Assembly (NCBI GenBank): GCA_963768665.1
Contig: CAVYIU010000007.1
Location: 391,308 to 455,307 of the forward strand
Source of the DNA: an uncultured Spirochaetota bacterium
Lineage (GTDB): Bacteria > Spirochaetota > Spirochaetia > SZUA-6 > Fen-1364
DNA length: 64,000 nt
Direction of reading: 5' to 3'
The position numbers were made by a program, and so were the translations under genes. Below the pieces are notes generated by a model. That model saw nothing but the letters and a program-made list of their open reading frames with translations, was not told where the DNA came from and searched no databases. This document shows positions 35,106 through 45,977 of the stretch, one piece after another. The number at the start of each line of letters is the position of its first letter. Within the stretch, counting starts at the first letter, position 1.

Positions 35106-37010
35106 GTGATACCCGCGCGTCTCCGCGCATCGGCCTGCGTCCTCGCCTTCCTCTCCTGTGCACCGCTCGCCATCACTGCTCAAGGCAAGCCCCGCGTCCT
35201 CGTCGATGCCCTTGTCGGGTTCAACGGCGTTGCCCGCGAAGGCCGATTCGCCCCTCTCCTGGTGAGCGTCTCCACGCCGGGGGCGCGCGTCAGCGCGGAG
35301 GTGAAGGTCGAGGTCACCTGGGGCAGCAGCCTCCGCGGCACGCAGGCAACGCGCACGTACGTCCACCACGACACGTTTGCCGCGGGCGGGCTGCGGCGGC
35401 TCCCGTTCGTGTTCCCGTTCCCACGGGACTCCCGCTCGCTGGTGGTGACGGTGAGCTCCGAGGGCACCACGCTGGCAAAGACGGAAGTCGATCTCCACGC
35501 GTCGGCCACCTCGGAGGAGCACCTGGTCGCCGGCATCAGCAGCACGCTTTCCCTCGACGCGCTTGCCGGCCTGTCCCCGGATGCGGGTGCCGTGCGCGTG
35601 GTCTACCCGCGCGTGGACGATCTTCCCGATTCGTGGGGCGGCTACGACGGGGTGGACATGGTCGTGGTGCACGACACGTATTTCCGCCAGCTCCGAGATG
35701 CCCAGGTCTCCGCGCTGGAGCGCTGGGTCGTGGCAGGGGGGACGGTGGTCTTCACGGGCGGCGCGGACGCGCTGCAGCACGAGAGCTCGGGCCTGGGACG
35801 GCTTCTTCCCGTGCGCGTCACGGGCCTGGGCGAGCGCGCTTCCCTTCCGGAGCTCTCGGTGCTCGCCGCCGGCGCGCCCGCGCCGCGCGGACGCATCCTG
35901 GTGGCCGAGTCCACGGTCCGTGACGGGACGGTTCTCGCGGCGCAGGGCGATCTCCCTCTCGTCGTGCGCAGGCTGCTGGGCCGGGGAGCGGTCTGGTTCC
36001 TCGCGGTGGATCCCACCCTCGAGCCCTTTGCGAGCTGGCAGGGCACCCTTGCGCTCTGGCGCCGGATGGAAGGCGGGGACAGCCGGCCGGCGCTCGACGT
36101 CGGCTCGCGCCAGGTGGCAGAGGACCCCTGGATGGGAGTCCTCCTTTCCACCCCGCCGTTGGAGTTTCCCCCTCAGCTCCTCGTCCTCCTCTTCTGCGCG
36201 GCCTACCTCGGCCTGCTCCTCCTGGTCGTCGCCGTCCGCGGGAACCCGCGGGCGCGTGTCCTCCTGCGCGCCGCCGCTCTCTGCGCGCTGCCTCTCGCCG
36301 CGGGCGCCGCGGCATGGGTGCTCTTCGACCGCCTCTTGTTCCCGCCGTCTCCGCTGCTCCTGGACGCCTCCGTCGCGGAGGTACGTTCAGGTGACTCGCT
36401 TGCGTTCGTGACGGAGAAGGTCGGCATGTATGCCTCCCGGCCCGCGCAGGGATCCCTGTCCTTTGCCGCGCCGGATCTCCTGGTCGACGAGATCGTACCC
36501 TTCGCGGGAGTGGCACACGTCGTCGAGCAGTCGCCGGCCGCCGTCTCCCTGGAAACGGGGCAGGGTGTCTCGCTGCGGTCAATGGGCATGGGTAAGTACG
36601 GCAGCCGGCTCGTTGCCGCCGCGGGCGTCGTGCCGATGCCCGTGACGTTCTCCCTTGACGATGCATCACGCATCACGGTGGTGAACGACTCCGCCACGTG
36701 GCTCCGCCGCGTGTGGGCCTGGCGGGCGGGAAAGGCGTGGCCCCTGGGAGACATCGCACCGGGCAGCACCGTCTCGCGCACCGTCAGCTCGGATGACAGC
36801 GTGGATCTCCATTCTGCCGCCGGCCTGGTGGAGGTGAACGGGACCGAGCAGCGCGCGAGCTTCTGGAACCTCGTCTCGCCGGGCGTCGACTCCACGGCGG
36901 GAGTCCTCGTGGCCTGGCTCGACGAGGCGGCGCTCCGTTTCTCTGCCCCGGGGGCAAGGCGCGCGCCGGAGAGGCCGAGCCTCGCCCTCCTCCTGGTGGA
37001 GGCATCGTGA
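35106..37010 (+). CDS. secreted/membrane protein, first gene of the MoxR-vWA operon (GldG/DUF4350-like module; family named from memory)
   Basis: 634 aa with Sec signal MIPARLRASACVLAFLSCAPLAITA. The central block is GGYDGVDMVVVHDTYFRQLRDAQVSALERWVVAGGTVVFTGG. TM helices lie around residues 360-420. The stop overlaps the next start (GTGA). Confidence 0.65.
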   Translation: MIPARLRASACVLAFLSCAPLAITAQGKPRVLVDALVGFNGVAREGRFAPLLVSVSTPGARVSAEVKVEVTWGSSLRGTQATRTYVHHDTFAAGGLRRLPFVFPFPRDSRSLVVTVSSEGTTLAKTEVDLHASATSEEHLVAGISSTLSLDALAGLSPDAGAVRVVYPRVDDLPDSWGGYDGVDMVVVHDTYFRQLRDAQVSALERWVVAGGTVVFTGGADALQHESSGLGRLLPVRVTGLGERASLPELSVLAAGAPAPRGRILVAESTVRDGTVLAAQGDLPLVVRRLLGRGAVWFLAVDPTLEPFASWQGTLALWRRMEGGDSRPALDVGSRQVAEDPWMGVLLSTPPLEFPPQLLVLLFCAAYLGLLLLVVAVRGNPRARVLLRAAALCALPLAAGAAAWVLFDRLLFPPSPLLLDASVAEVRSGDSLAFVTEKVGMYASRPAQGSLSFAAPDLLVDEIVPFAGVAHVVEQSPAAVSLETGQGVSLRSMGMGKYGSRLVAAAGVVPMPVTFSLDDASRITVVNDSATWLRRVWAWRAGKAWPLGDIAPGSTVSRTVSSDDSVDLHSAAGLVEVNGTEQRASFWNLVSPGVDSTAGVLVAWLDEAALRFSAPGARRAPERPSLALLLVEAS

Positions 37011-37765
37011 AAATCACGGGCATTCCGCTCGTCTCCGAAGGTGTCCGCGTCTACTTCTCGCAGCGGATCATCCTGCGCACGTATCTGCTCATCCCGGCCA
37101 CGCTCACCGTGGCGCTCGTCGCGGCATGGCCCGTTGGATCCCCGCAGGCCATCCTGCGCGGCGGTTCGCCGACGGACCCCTTCACGGTCGTGGCGTTCGT
37201 GTTCCTTCTCTTCGCACTCTATCTCTGCGGGCGCTACGGGTCGGAGGAGTACGCGCCGGACGCCCTCGGCAACCTGCGCGAGTACGTGACGCTGACGCCT
37301 GCCTCGGCCAGCGCCTTGGTGGCGGGCAAAGCGGCCTTCGGCGCCCTGCACACCGCGTTCCTGCTCGCGCTGGGAGCGCCGTTCCTCCTTGCCGCGCTCT
37401 CCGTGAGCGGGACACCGGCCCGGGCTCTCGGGGCAACCCTCGCGCTGCTGGCGTCGACGGGATTCGCCGCGCGCATGTTCGGCCTGCTCCTGCTCGCACT
37501 GTTCGGACAGCGGAAGCTCCTGCGCACCGCGGCGTTCGCGGGAGGCATCGCTGGTTACCTCGTCACCACCTTCCTCGCCGTTCCGGTGATCAACCCGGCA
37601 GCGGCTCTGCTGGCACTCGGAGCCGGAAACACCGGGGCGTTGCCGCACGCGGGATTCCTCTCCCTCTCCGCCCTTGCCGCAGCCGTCTGCATGGTTGTGG
37701 CAGCTGCCCTGGTGCTCTCCGCGGTCCGCCGCCGCGCCCGGGCCGGGAGCCGCGTTCGTGGGTGA
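37007..37765 (+). CDS. polytopic membrane protein (ABC-2-permease-like, about 6 TM helices)
   Basis: 252 aa, hydrophobic throughout. Start and stop overlap both neighbours. Confidence 0.6.
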   Translation: MKITGIPLVSEGVRVYFSQRIILRTYLLIPATLTVALVAAWPVGSPQAILRGGSPTDPFTVVAFVFLLFALYLCGRYGSEEYAPDALGNLREYVTLTPASASALVAGKAAFGALHTAFLLALGAPFLLAALSVSGTPARALGATLALLASTGFAARMFGLLLLALFGQRKLLRTAAFAGGIAGYLVTTFLAVPVINPAAALLALGAGNTGALPHAGFLSLSALAAAVCMVVAAALVLSAVRRRARAGSRVRG

Positions 37766-39212
37766 CCGCGCGCCGCAGAGCCTGCGTCGGCTCGTGCAGC
37801 GGCTGGTCCGCGCGGCGCGCATCCGCTTCGCGCTCGCAGGCGCGGCCAGGGGCCTGGGCGCGGGCCTCGCTGCATCCATTCTCATCGCCCTGGCATCGGC
37901 CAGCTTCCCGCTGCCGCACCCGGTGCTGCTCGCGTGCCTCGCGGCAGCCCTCGGCGCACTCGCCGGTGCCGCAGCGGGTCTCCTGCGGCGGATCGATCGG
38001 CGGAGACTGCTCATCGCAGCCGACCGTCGGCTGGGCTCGCGGGAGCTGGCCCTGACCGGGTACGAGCTCGCCTCCACGGGACCTGCGGCGGGTCACGGCC
38101 TTTTCGAGCAGGCGGTCATCCAGGACGCCTCGCGCCTCCTTGCGCGTTCGGCGCCGCGCGCGCTCCTGGTGCCGCTCCGCGTCCGTTCCGCGCCCTTCCT
38201 GCCGGTCCTTGCCGCGCTTTGCGCGGCCGCGTTTCTCTTTCCGCTCGACGTCAAGGCGCTGCTCTTTCACCCGCACGGCAGCGGGGGAGAAATCGCCTCC
38301 ATCGGGGAAGACCTGCGCGGTCTGGGCGAACAGCTGGAGGAAGCCGCGCGCACGGAGAACCTCGGCCGCAGGCTCGCCATCGCGCAGGACCTTGCCCAGC
38401 TGGGGCGCGACCTCGCCGACAACCGCATCACCACGGAGGACGACGCCCTGGACCGCATCGATCAGCTGGAGGGACGGATAGGGCAGGAATACCAGGTGCA
38501 GCTCCTTGCCGACCCCTCGGAAGCGGCAGGGCTCCCGAGGGCGAGCGCGCAGGGCAGGGGCGGGTCGGCACCGGGAAACGCGCAGGGCCCGCAGGGGCAG
38601 GACCCCGAGGCGTCCGGTGACAACCAGCCGCCTGACCAGGGAGGCTCGGCTCCCTCGGGGGACGCGAAGGCTCTCTCGGACGCGCTGGGTCGGCTGCGCT
38701 CCGCGCGGGACGCCCTGCGCGGGGGCGGCTCCGGCACCGCAGCCTCACGCCCGTCCGGGTCGGCGAAGAAGAGCGGGACCGCCGCAGGGCAGGGCAGCGG
38801 GTCGACGGCAGGAACACCCGTCACCGGCGGAAGCCAGCCCGGGGCGGCCGAAGACGCTGCCGGGGGAGAGGGCGGGGCCGGCGCCGAGTCGGGCGACGCG
38901 AACCAGGGTCCCGGCTCCGTGCCGGGGACCGAACCGGCGCTCACGAAGACCGGGGTCCCCACCACCATCATCCGCGGGGAGACTGCCACGCCGCGCCGCG
39001 TGCAGGGAAACGCCGGCGAGGGAGACTCGACGAGCTTCCTCGTGCGCGCGCTCCCCGAGTGGACCGGGGCGAAGCTTCCCGAGGAGACGGTGCGGCGCCG
39101 GTATGCCGCGGCGGCGGAAAGCGCGTTGAGCCACGACGAGATCCCCCCGAAGCTCAAGGCTTCGGTGCGCGACTACTTCACCGACATCGGCATGGGCGGA
39201 GGCCAGCAGTGA
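37758..39212 (+). CDS. membrane-anchored protein with coiled-coil and Gly/Ser/Pro-rich low-complexity regions
   Basis: 484 aa from GTG 37758, with two N-terminal TM helices. The acidic coiled segment is GEDLRGLGEQLEEAARTENLGRRLAIAQDLAQLGRDL. The conserved-looking C-terminus is IPPKLKASVRDYFTDIG. Confidence 0.6.
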   Translation: MGDRAPQSLRRLVQRLVRAARIRFALAGAARGLGAGLAASILIALASASFPLPHPVLLACLAAALGALAGAAAGLLRRIDRRRLLIAADRRLGSRELALTGYELASTGPAAGHGLFEQAVIQDASRLLARSAPRALLVPLRVRSAPFLPVLAALCAAAFLFPLDVKALLFHPHGSGGEIASIGEDLRGLGEQLEEAARTENLGRRLAIAQDLAQLGRDLADNRITTEDDALDRIDQLEGRIGQEYQVQLLADPSEAAGLPRASAQGRGGSAPGNAQGPQGQDPEASGDNQPPDQGGSAPSGDAKALSDALGRLRSARDALRGGGSGTAASRPSGSAKKSGTAAGQGSGSTAGTPVTGGSQPGAAEDAAGGEGGAGAESGDANQGPGSVPGTEPALTKTGVPTTIIRGETATPRRVQGNAGEGDSTSFLVRALPEWTGAKLPEETVRRRYAAAAESALSHDEIPPKLKASVRDYFTDIGMGGGQQ

Positions 39213-40264
39213 GCTCGGCAGCGGAAAGAGACGTCACGGAAGCACGGGAACGCGCCGCGTGGGCTGCCCGCAGCATCGCGTCACTGCGCGCGCAGATCGC
39301 GCGAACGGTGGTGGGCCACGAGGAGGTCGTGCTCGACGTCCTCGTCTGCCTCTTCTGCGGCGGTCATGCCCTGCTGGAAGGCGTGCCCGGCCTGGGGAAG
39401 ACCACGCTCATCAAGATGCTGGGCCAGGTCCTGGACCTCGCCACCTCCCGCATCCAGTTCACGCCCGACCTGATGCCCGCCGACATCATCGGGACCAACG
39501 TCCTCATCCAGGAGGAGATCCCGGCCGCCGGGGCGAGCGCCGACACGCGCAGGATCGTGCGCTTCCAGAAGGGACCCGTTTTCGCCAACATCGTCCTTGC
39601 CGACGAGATCAACCGGGCCACGCCGAAGACGCAGTCCGCCCTGCTGGAGGCGATGCAGGAGCAGACGGTGACCGTGGGCGGCACCACCTGGCGGCTTGAT
39701 CCGCCCTTCATCGTGCTTGCCACGCAGAACCCCATCGAGATGGAAGGAACCTACCCGCTGCCGGAAGCGCAGCTCGACCGTTTCTTCTTCAAGCTCGCCC
39801 TCGCGTACCCGGGGGCCGCCGAGATCTCGACCATCATCGACCGCACGACCGGCGGTCCCGGGGAGCAGCCCGCGCGCGTTCTCGACGCGGCCGCTGTCAT
39901 GAGCATCCGGGCGCTCGTGCGCGAGGTCCCGGTCGCGGAGCCGGTGAAGGACTACGCCATCCGCCTCTCGCTGGCCACGCGGCCGGGGAGCCCCGACGCC
40001 ACCGACATGGTGAACCGCTACGTGCGCTACGGGGCGAGCCCCCGCGGCCCGCAGAGCATCGTCCTGGCGGCAAAGGCGCGGGCGCTCTTCGACGGCCGGC
40101 TCGCCGCCGGGTTCGACGACGTGCGCGCCGTGTGCCGCCAGGCGCTCCGCCACCGCATCCTCCTCAACTTCGAGGGCGAGGCGGAGGGCGCCTCCTCGGA
40201 GAAGCTCATCGACGACATCCTCGCCCGCGTCACCCCTGCCGGCGCCGCGCCCCCGGAGGGGTAA
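39209..40264 (+). CDS. moxR: MoxR-family AAA+ ATPase
   Basis: 351 aa from GTG 39209. Walker A is LLEGVPGLGKTTL and Walker B is VLADEINRATPKTQSALLEAMQE, followed by ATQNPIEMEGTYPLPEAQLDRF. Confidence 0.92.
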   Translation: MSSAAERDVTEARERAAWAARSIASLRAQIARTVVGHEEVVLDVLVCLFCGGHALLEGVPGLGKTTLIKMLGQVLDLATSRIQFTPDLMPADIIGTNVLIQEEIPAAGASADTRRIVRFQKGPVFANIVLADEINRATPKTQSALLEAMQEQTVTVGGTTWRLDPPFIVLATQNPIEMEGTYPLPEAQLDRFFFKLALAYPGAAEISTIIDRTTGGPGEQPARVLDAAAVMSIRALVREVPVAEPVKDYAIRLSLATRPGSPDATDMVNRYVRYGASPRGPQSIVLAAKARALFDGRLAAGFDDVRAVCRQALRHRILLNFEGEAEGASSEKLIDDILARVTPAGAAPPEG

Positions 40265-41159
40265 TGGACGAGGCGCTCTTCGACCGCGAGTTCCTGCGCA
40301 AGCTCGAGTACCTTTCCTTCGTTTCCCGCAGGATCTACGGCGGCGACACGCGCGGCGCGCACACGTCGCCCCGGCGCGGCACGAGCCTCGACTTCGCCGA
40401 CTACCGACTCTACCAGCCCGGTGACGATTTCCGCGCCATCGACTGGAGCATCTTCGGCCGGCTGGACCGCCTGTTCGTGCGCCTGTACGCCGAGGAAGAG
40501 GACCTCACCGTTCACGTCCTGCTCGACGCGAGCGCGTCCATGTCCTACGGCTCGCCGCCGAAGATCGACTACGCGCGGCGCCTCGCCGCGGCGCTGGGCT
40601 ACGTGGGCATCGGGTCACTGGACCGGGTCGGCGTCACCACATTCGCCGCGGGCCTGGGAGGGGCGCTGGCGCCGCGGCGAGGCCGCGCGCAGCTCTTCCA
40701 CCTGCTGGACTACATGAGCCGCATCCAGGCGGGCGGCCGCACCGATATCGCCCGGTCGCTGGAAGAGTACGCCCGGCGCTCGCGGCAGCCCGGGCCTCGC
40801 CATCGTCATCACTGACCTCCTGGACGAAGCGCGCGAAGGCGCGCTGCGGGGCCTGAGCGCGCTCGCCTTCCACGATTTCGAGGTGGTCCTCGTGCACGTG
40901 CTGGACCGCGAGGAGATCGCTCCACGCGAGGACGGGGCGCTGCGCCTCACCGACATGGAGACCGGCCGCGACATCTCCGTCAACGTGGATCGTCCGCTCG
41001 CGGCGGCTTACCGCCAGCGCGTGGAGGCGTTCTTCACGACCGTGGAGCGCTACTGCCTCGCCGAACGGCGTGGAGTACCTGCGCACCGCGACGCTCGTCC
41101 CGTTCGAGGAGGTGGTCCTCCGCTACCTGCGGCAGGGGGCGCACCTGCACTCCCGATGA
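40264..41159 (+). pseudogene. DUF58 family protein (MoxR partner), broken by two frameshifts
   Basis: The DUF58 core is GTSLDFADYRLYQPGDDFRAIDW...VHVLLDASASM. The frame changes at about 40788-40796 (RQPG | LAIVITDLLD) and again at about 41064-41072 (CLAER | VEYLRTATLVPFEEVVLRYL). Each shift is explained by one extra base. The final stop overlaps the next ATG. Confidence 0.85.
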
Positions 41160-43057
41160 GCTTCGCGTCGCCCCTCTGGCTGCTCCTCCTCGGCCTCCTT
41201 CCCCTCGTCGTGATCCTCCACGCCATCGCCGTGCGGTGGCGGCGCCTCCCGGTGTCCTCCCTCGTCTTCTGGGACGACGTCCTGCGCGCGCGCCGGATGA
41301 ACATGCGCGTGCGCAGGCTCCTGCGCAGCCTCTCCCTGCTCCTGGAGCTCCTGGCGGTCGCCGCGCTCGCGTTTGCGCTGGCCGGTCCGCGCATCACGCG
41401 CCACGGCCTTGCCGGCGCGGGGGACACGGTGCTGGTGCTGGACGCAACCGCGAGCATGCAGACACGGGAAGGGACGCGGACGCGCTTCGAGCTTGCCCGC
41501 GCAAGGGCACAGGACGTTCTTGCTGGCCTGCGCCGCGGGGCGCGGATGGCGCTCGTCCTTGCCGAGCGTGCTCCGCGCCTCGTAGTGCCTTTCACCGAGG
41601 ACCGCGCCGTGCTCCGCCGCGCCATCGATGCCGCTGCCGTGACCGACGAGCCCGGCGACATCGGGCTCAGCATGGACTTCGCCGCCTCCCTGCGCGACGC
41701 GCGCCGCGGCGACCAGCTCGTCCTGCTGAGCGACGGCGCCTATGAATCGATCGGGAGCGTGGATCCTGCCATGCCGTGGGTGCACCTCCTGTTCACGGGC
41801 ACACCACGGGAGAACGTCGGCATCACGGCGCTCTCCTTCCGCCGCACCCTCGGTGGCGAGGACGCGTACGAGCTCTTCGTGGCGCTGGTCAACACGGGCC
41901 GGCGTGCGCAGACATTCCCGCTGACCATAACGGCGGGGCAGGAGACGGTGGTCAGCCGGTCGGTCAGCCTGGCCGCGGGGGCCTCGACGAGCCTCTCCCT
42001 GCCGTGGACGGGTCCGACCGAGGGCCGCATCGAGGCGCGCGTCCAGGCCCCGAACGACGATTTTCCCGCCGACGACCGTGCCTTTGCCGTGTTCGCGCCG
42101 GCGCGCCGCCTGCGTGTCCTGGTGGTCGGGCAGTCCACGTACTTCCTGCAGAAAGCGCTGGCGTCCCTGCCCGGCGTCACGGTCCGGACAGAGGCGGCGC
42201 CCGCGGGACAGGATGCCTCGGGGCTCACCCTGCTGGCGGCCCCGCCCGCCGCCGCGGCCGCGCCCGCCAGAGCTCCGGCGGACGACGTGGTGGTCTATGA
42301 CAGCGTGGAGCCGCCGGTGCTCGAAAAAGGCGCGTACATTCTCTTTGCTTCCGTGCCGCCGAATCTCCCCCTCAAGGCAACGGGAACGATGTCCCGTCCG
42401 CCCGTGACGGGATGGGCGCGCGCCGAGCCGCTGCTGGATTCTGTTTCCCTCTCGGGGCTCGCCATCGGCGGGGCGCTGGCGCTGGAGCCGGGTGACGGGT
42501 TCACTGTCCTTGCCTCATCCCGGGCATCGCCGCTCCTCCTGTCCTGGGACCAGGCCGGCTTGAAAGCCCTGGTATCCGCCTTCGACCCGGAGAGGTCCGA
42601 CTTTCCCCTGCGGCCTGGTTTCCCCCTGCTCATTGCCAACGCGCTTTCCTGGTTCTACCCGTCATGGCTCGTCGTGCAGGCGGACCAGGTGCCCGCTGGG
42701 CTGCCTCGGGCCATCCCGGTGCCGCAGGGGGGCAGCGTCACCGTTGCCGAGCCTTCCGGCGCCACCGTCTCGCTTGCCACCGACGGCACTTCCGTCGATT
42801 TCTACGACACGCGCGCTGCCGGCTTCTACACGGTGAAGAGCGGCAGCGCGGCGAGCGAGTTCGCCGTGAGCCTCACCGACGCCGCGGAGTCAGACGTCAC
42901 GCCGCGATTCACCGTGCCCGCCGCGGGAGGCGCCCCGGGCTCCGCCGTGGCGGCCGCGGCCGCCGTTCCCGTCTGGGCAGCCTTCGCGGCAGCGGCCCTC
43001 GTCTTGCTCCTCCTGGAGTGGCTGGCCTGGATAACGACGATGAGGGAGGGACGATGA
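41156..43057 (+). CDS. BatA-like protein: aerotolerance-type N-terminal double-TM domain plus vWA domain
   Basis: The N-terminus MSFASPLWLLLLGLLPLVVILHAIAVRWRRLPVSSLVFW is of BatA type, followed by VLVLDATASM. 633 aa with a C-terminal TM helix. Confidence 0.8.
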   Translation: MSFASPLWLLLLGLLPLVVILHAIAVRWRRLPVSSLVFWDDVLRARRMNMRVRRLLRSLSLLLELLAVAALAFALAGPRITRHGLAGAGDTVLVLDATASMQTREGTRTRFELARARAQDVLAGLRRGARMALVLAERAPRLVVPFTEDRAVLRRAIDAAAVTDEPGDIGLSMDFAASLRDARRGDQLVLLSDGAYESIGSVDPAMPWVHLLFTGTPRENVGITALSFRRTLGGEDAYELFVALVNTGRRAQTFPLTITAGQETVVSRSVSLAAGASTSLSLPWTGPTEGRIEARVQAPNDDFPADDRAFAVFAPARRLRVLVVGQSTYFLQKALASLPGVTVRTEAAPAGQDASGLTLLAAPPAAAAAPARAPADDVVVYDSVEPPVLEKGAYILFASVPPNLPLKATGTMSRPPVTGWARAEPLLDSVSLSGLAIGGALALEPGDGFTVLASSRASPLLLSWDQAGLKALVSAFDPERSDFPLRPGFPLLIANALSWFYPSWLVVQADQVPAGLPRAIPVPQGGSVTVAEPSGATVSLATDGTSVDFYDTRAAGFYTVKSGSAASEFAVSLTDAAESDVTPRFTVPAAGGAPGSAVAAAAAVPVWAAFAAAALVLLLLEWLAWITTMREGR

Positions 43058-45871
43058 GGTTTCTCTCCCCTGCCTGGCTCCTCGCTCTTCTCCCGATCGT
43101 CGCTCTCGCCGTCGTCAGCATACGGGCGGCACGGCGGGCAACGCCCGGGCTGTCCCCGGCACGGCGCCGGGTATTCCTCGCGCTGCGCATCGCGTCAGCC
43201 ACCCTCCTCGTGTGCGGTCTTGCCGGGCTCGGGATCTCCCTCCTCACCGACCGGCTCTCGGTCCTCTTCGTGCTGGACCAGTCGCGCAGCGTGACTGCCG
43301 GGGAGAGGGCGGGAGCCATGGCCGTGATCGCGGCCGCGCGGCGGGGGCTCTCCCGCGGGGACACGGCGTCCCTGGTGCGGTTCGGCGCCGACGCGGAGCT
43401 GGAACCGCTCGTTCCCGGCGCGGCGCCCGATCCCGAGGGAGGCACTGTCGACGGGGACGCCACCGACATCGGCGGCGCGCTGCAGTTCGCCCTCGCGCAG
43501 TCCGAGCGCGGCGCCGCGCCGCGGATCGTGCTCCTCTCCGACGGCAACGAGAACCGCGGCAGCGCCGCGGCCGCGGCGCAGGTGGCGCGCTCGCTGGGTG
43601 CGCGGATATTCACCGTGCCCCTCGGGGCACTCGGCGCGGAGGAGTCGACGAAGCCGGAGGTGTCGGTGGAAGAGGTGCGCGCCCCCGAGCGGGTGCGGGA
43701 AGGGGAGGCGCGCGAGGTTTCCGTCATGGTGCAGAGCAGCACGCCCGTGCAGGCGCGGGTCAGCCTCTTCCGCGACGGCGCTCCGGTGGCGGCCCGCGCC
43801 GTCCCGCTCTCCGCCGGGGAGAACGCCGTCGCCTTCTCCTCGTCGTTTCCCGAGCGGGGACTGCACGCGTGGGACGCCCTGGTGGAGGCTCCCGGCGACA
43901 CGATCGCGCAGAACAATCACTCCCGGACCTTCGTCGAGGTGACCGGCCCCCCGGAGGTGCTCTACGTCTCTGCGCCGGGGCACGATTCCCCCTCGTTCCT
44001 CTCCGCCCTTGCCTCGCAGGGCATCGACGTGCGGCAGCGGGCGGTGGCCGACCTGCCCGGCACGCTCGCCGGCTACCTCCCGTACGACGCGCTGGTGCTC
44101 GACGACGCCCCGGGCTACGCGATCTCCAACGAGAAGATGCAGACCATCGCCCGCTACGTGCAGGACACCGGCGGCGGCCTGCTCATGATCGGGGGGGAGA
44201 ACAGCTTCGGGGCCGGGGGCTACTACAAGACCCCGATCGAGGAGGCGCTGCCGGTCGACATGGACGTCAAGTCGCAGGTCCAGCTTCCCCGCCTTTCCCT
44301 CGTGGTCATGGTGGACAAGTCCGGCAGCATGGGCGGCGCCGTGGCCACGGGGGAGACAAAGCTCGACGTCGTGAAGTCGGCGGCCCTTTCCGCCATAGAG
44401 TCGCTGAACCCCTTCGACACCGTCGGGCTCCTCGCCTTCGACGCCGACTGGCAGTGGGCCGTGCCGCTCACCAGCGCGGGGAACACGCAGAAGATCGCGG
44501 CGGACCTCGCCGCCCTCGCGCCGGGCGGCGGCACCATCATGTACCCCGCGCTGGAGGAAGCGGAGCGCGTGCTCGCGGCCTCCCCGTCGCCTCTCCGTCA
44601 CGTGATCATCCTCACCGACGGCCTCACCAACGCCGGCGACTTCCCTGCGCTCGTCACGAAGATGGCGAAGGAGAAGATCACCGTTTCCACGGTCGCCGTT
44701 GGGGAGGACGCCGACGCGAAGCTCCTGGGGGAGCTCGCGCAGCTCGGCGGCGGGCGCGCCTACGCCACGAACGATCCCCGCGACGTGCCGCGCATCTTCA
44801 TGACCGAGACGAACCTCGTGAGCAGGGGCCTCCTCGTGGAGAAGGGATTCTTCCCGAGGCTGGTATCGGCCGGGGAGATGCTCCGCGGCCTGGACCTGGG
44901 AAGCATGCCGGCGCTGAAAGGGTTCGTCCTGAGCTACACGAAGCAGGGCGCCGAGACGATCCTCTCGGCCCTCTACGATGCCCCGCTCCTCGCCTCGTGG
45001 CGCTACGGGCTGGGACGCACGGCCGCGTTCACCTCGGATATGCGCGGCCGGTGGGGCGCTTCCTGGCTGGCATGGAGCCAGTACCCGCGCTTCGCCGCGC
45101 AGCTGGTGCGGTGGCTCGAGCGGCCCACCGGCAGCGAGGTGCTCCACCCGCGGCTTTCCCTGGAGAACGGCCGCGCGCTCGCCAGCGTCGACGCCTATGA
45201 CCCGGCAGGGCAGTTCGTCGACGGCCTGTCCATCACTGGCGTGGTCATCGGGCCGGACGGCGACAGGACGGAGATCGCCGTGCCCCAGGTGGGGCCGGGG
45301 CTCTACGAGGCGGGCTTCGACGCGGGGAGGGTGGGGGACTATACCGTGTCGATCTCGGCCGGTGGAAACAGAGCGCCGACGACCTTTGGCCTCAGCATCC
45401 CCTATTCTGATGAGTACCGCATGCGGGGAGTGAACGCCGCTCTCCTGGCACAGCTCGCCTCCCTGACGGGAGGCCGCGTGATCACCTCCGTCTCGGACAC
45501 GGCCGACATCGCCGCGCTGCTCAGGCGCGAGCCGGGAGCCGGCCGGTACCGCGGACATGGCCGGGCAGTGGCTGATCCTCGCAGGGCTTCTCCTGTTTTT
45601 CCTCGACATCGTTGCCCGGCGGCTCGCGGTGCCCGAGGGCTTGCGCGAGCGCATCGCGGCGCGCCTGCGGGGACTGCGCCCCGCGGCCGGGCCCGGCTAC
45701 GAGGACCTTGCGGCCATGGTGAAGAAGGCGCGGGAGGCAGAGCGGGCAAAGCTCCACCAGAGGATCGCCGGCGGCGCGCACGAGGGAACCCTCGACGCCG
45801 ACCTTGCCGCTTACCTTTACATCGCGCGGCTGCGCAGCAGGCGCGCGGAAGAGGAGAACAAGAAGGGATAG
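43054..45871 (+). pseudogene. large BatA-like / double vWA / glutamine-amidotransferase-like protein, frameshifted near the C-terminus
   Basis: The N-terminus is MRFLSPAWLLALLPIVALAVV. vWA-1 has VLFVLDQSRSV, the GATase1-like block is YDALVLDDAPGYAISNEKMQTIARYVQDTGGGLLMIGG, and vWA-2 has MIDAS VVMVDKSGSM. At about 45529-45556 the text moves to the +1 frame (MAGQWLILAGLLLFFLDIVARRL...), which ends at 45871. The in-frame continuation to 46107 is Arg/Pro-rich nonsense. Confidence 0.8.
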
Positions 45872-45977
45872 AGCTTGACCACCCCGCAGGCCCGAAATGC
45901 GATCACTCCATGCTGCGCCGCGATCCGTTGCCGATAGACATTCTTGATAGACTTCCAGCGGCACAGCCCGCGCGCCG

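Noticed and set aside
43195-45654. 819-aa minus-strand and 662-aa plus-strand ORFs overlapping the large vWA gene
   Set aside because: Both are out-of-frame or antisense shadows with low-complexity Arg/Gly/Pro composition. The vWA frame carries MIDAS and BatA motifs, and the others carry none.
45933-45952. Direct repeat GATAGAC-N6-GATAGAC in the convergent gap between the vWA gene and pdxR
   Set aside because: These are two 7-mers in a 3' intergenic region with no associated regulator or promoter. This is likely coincidental.
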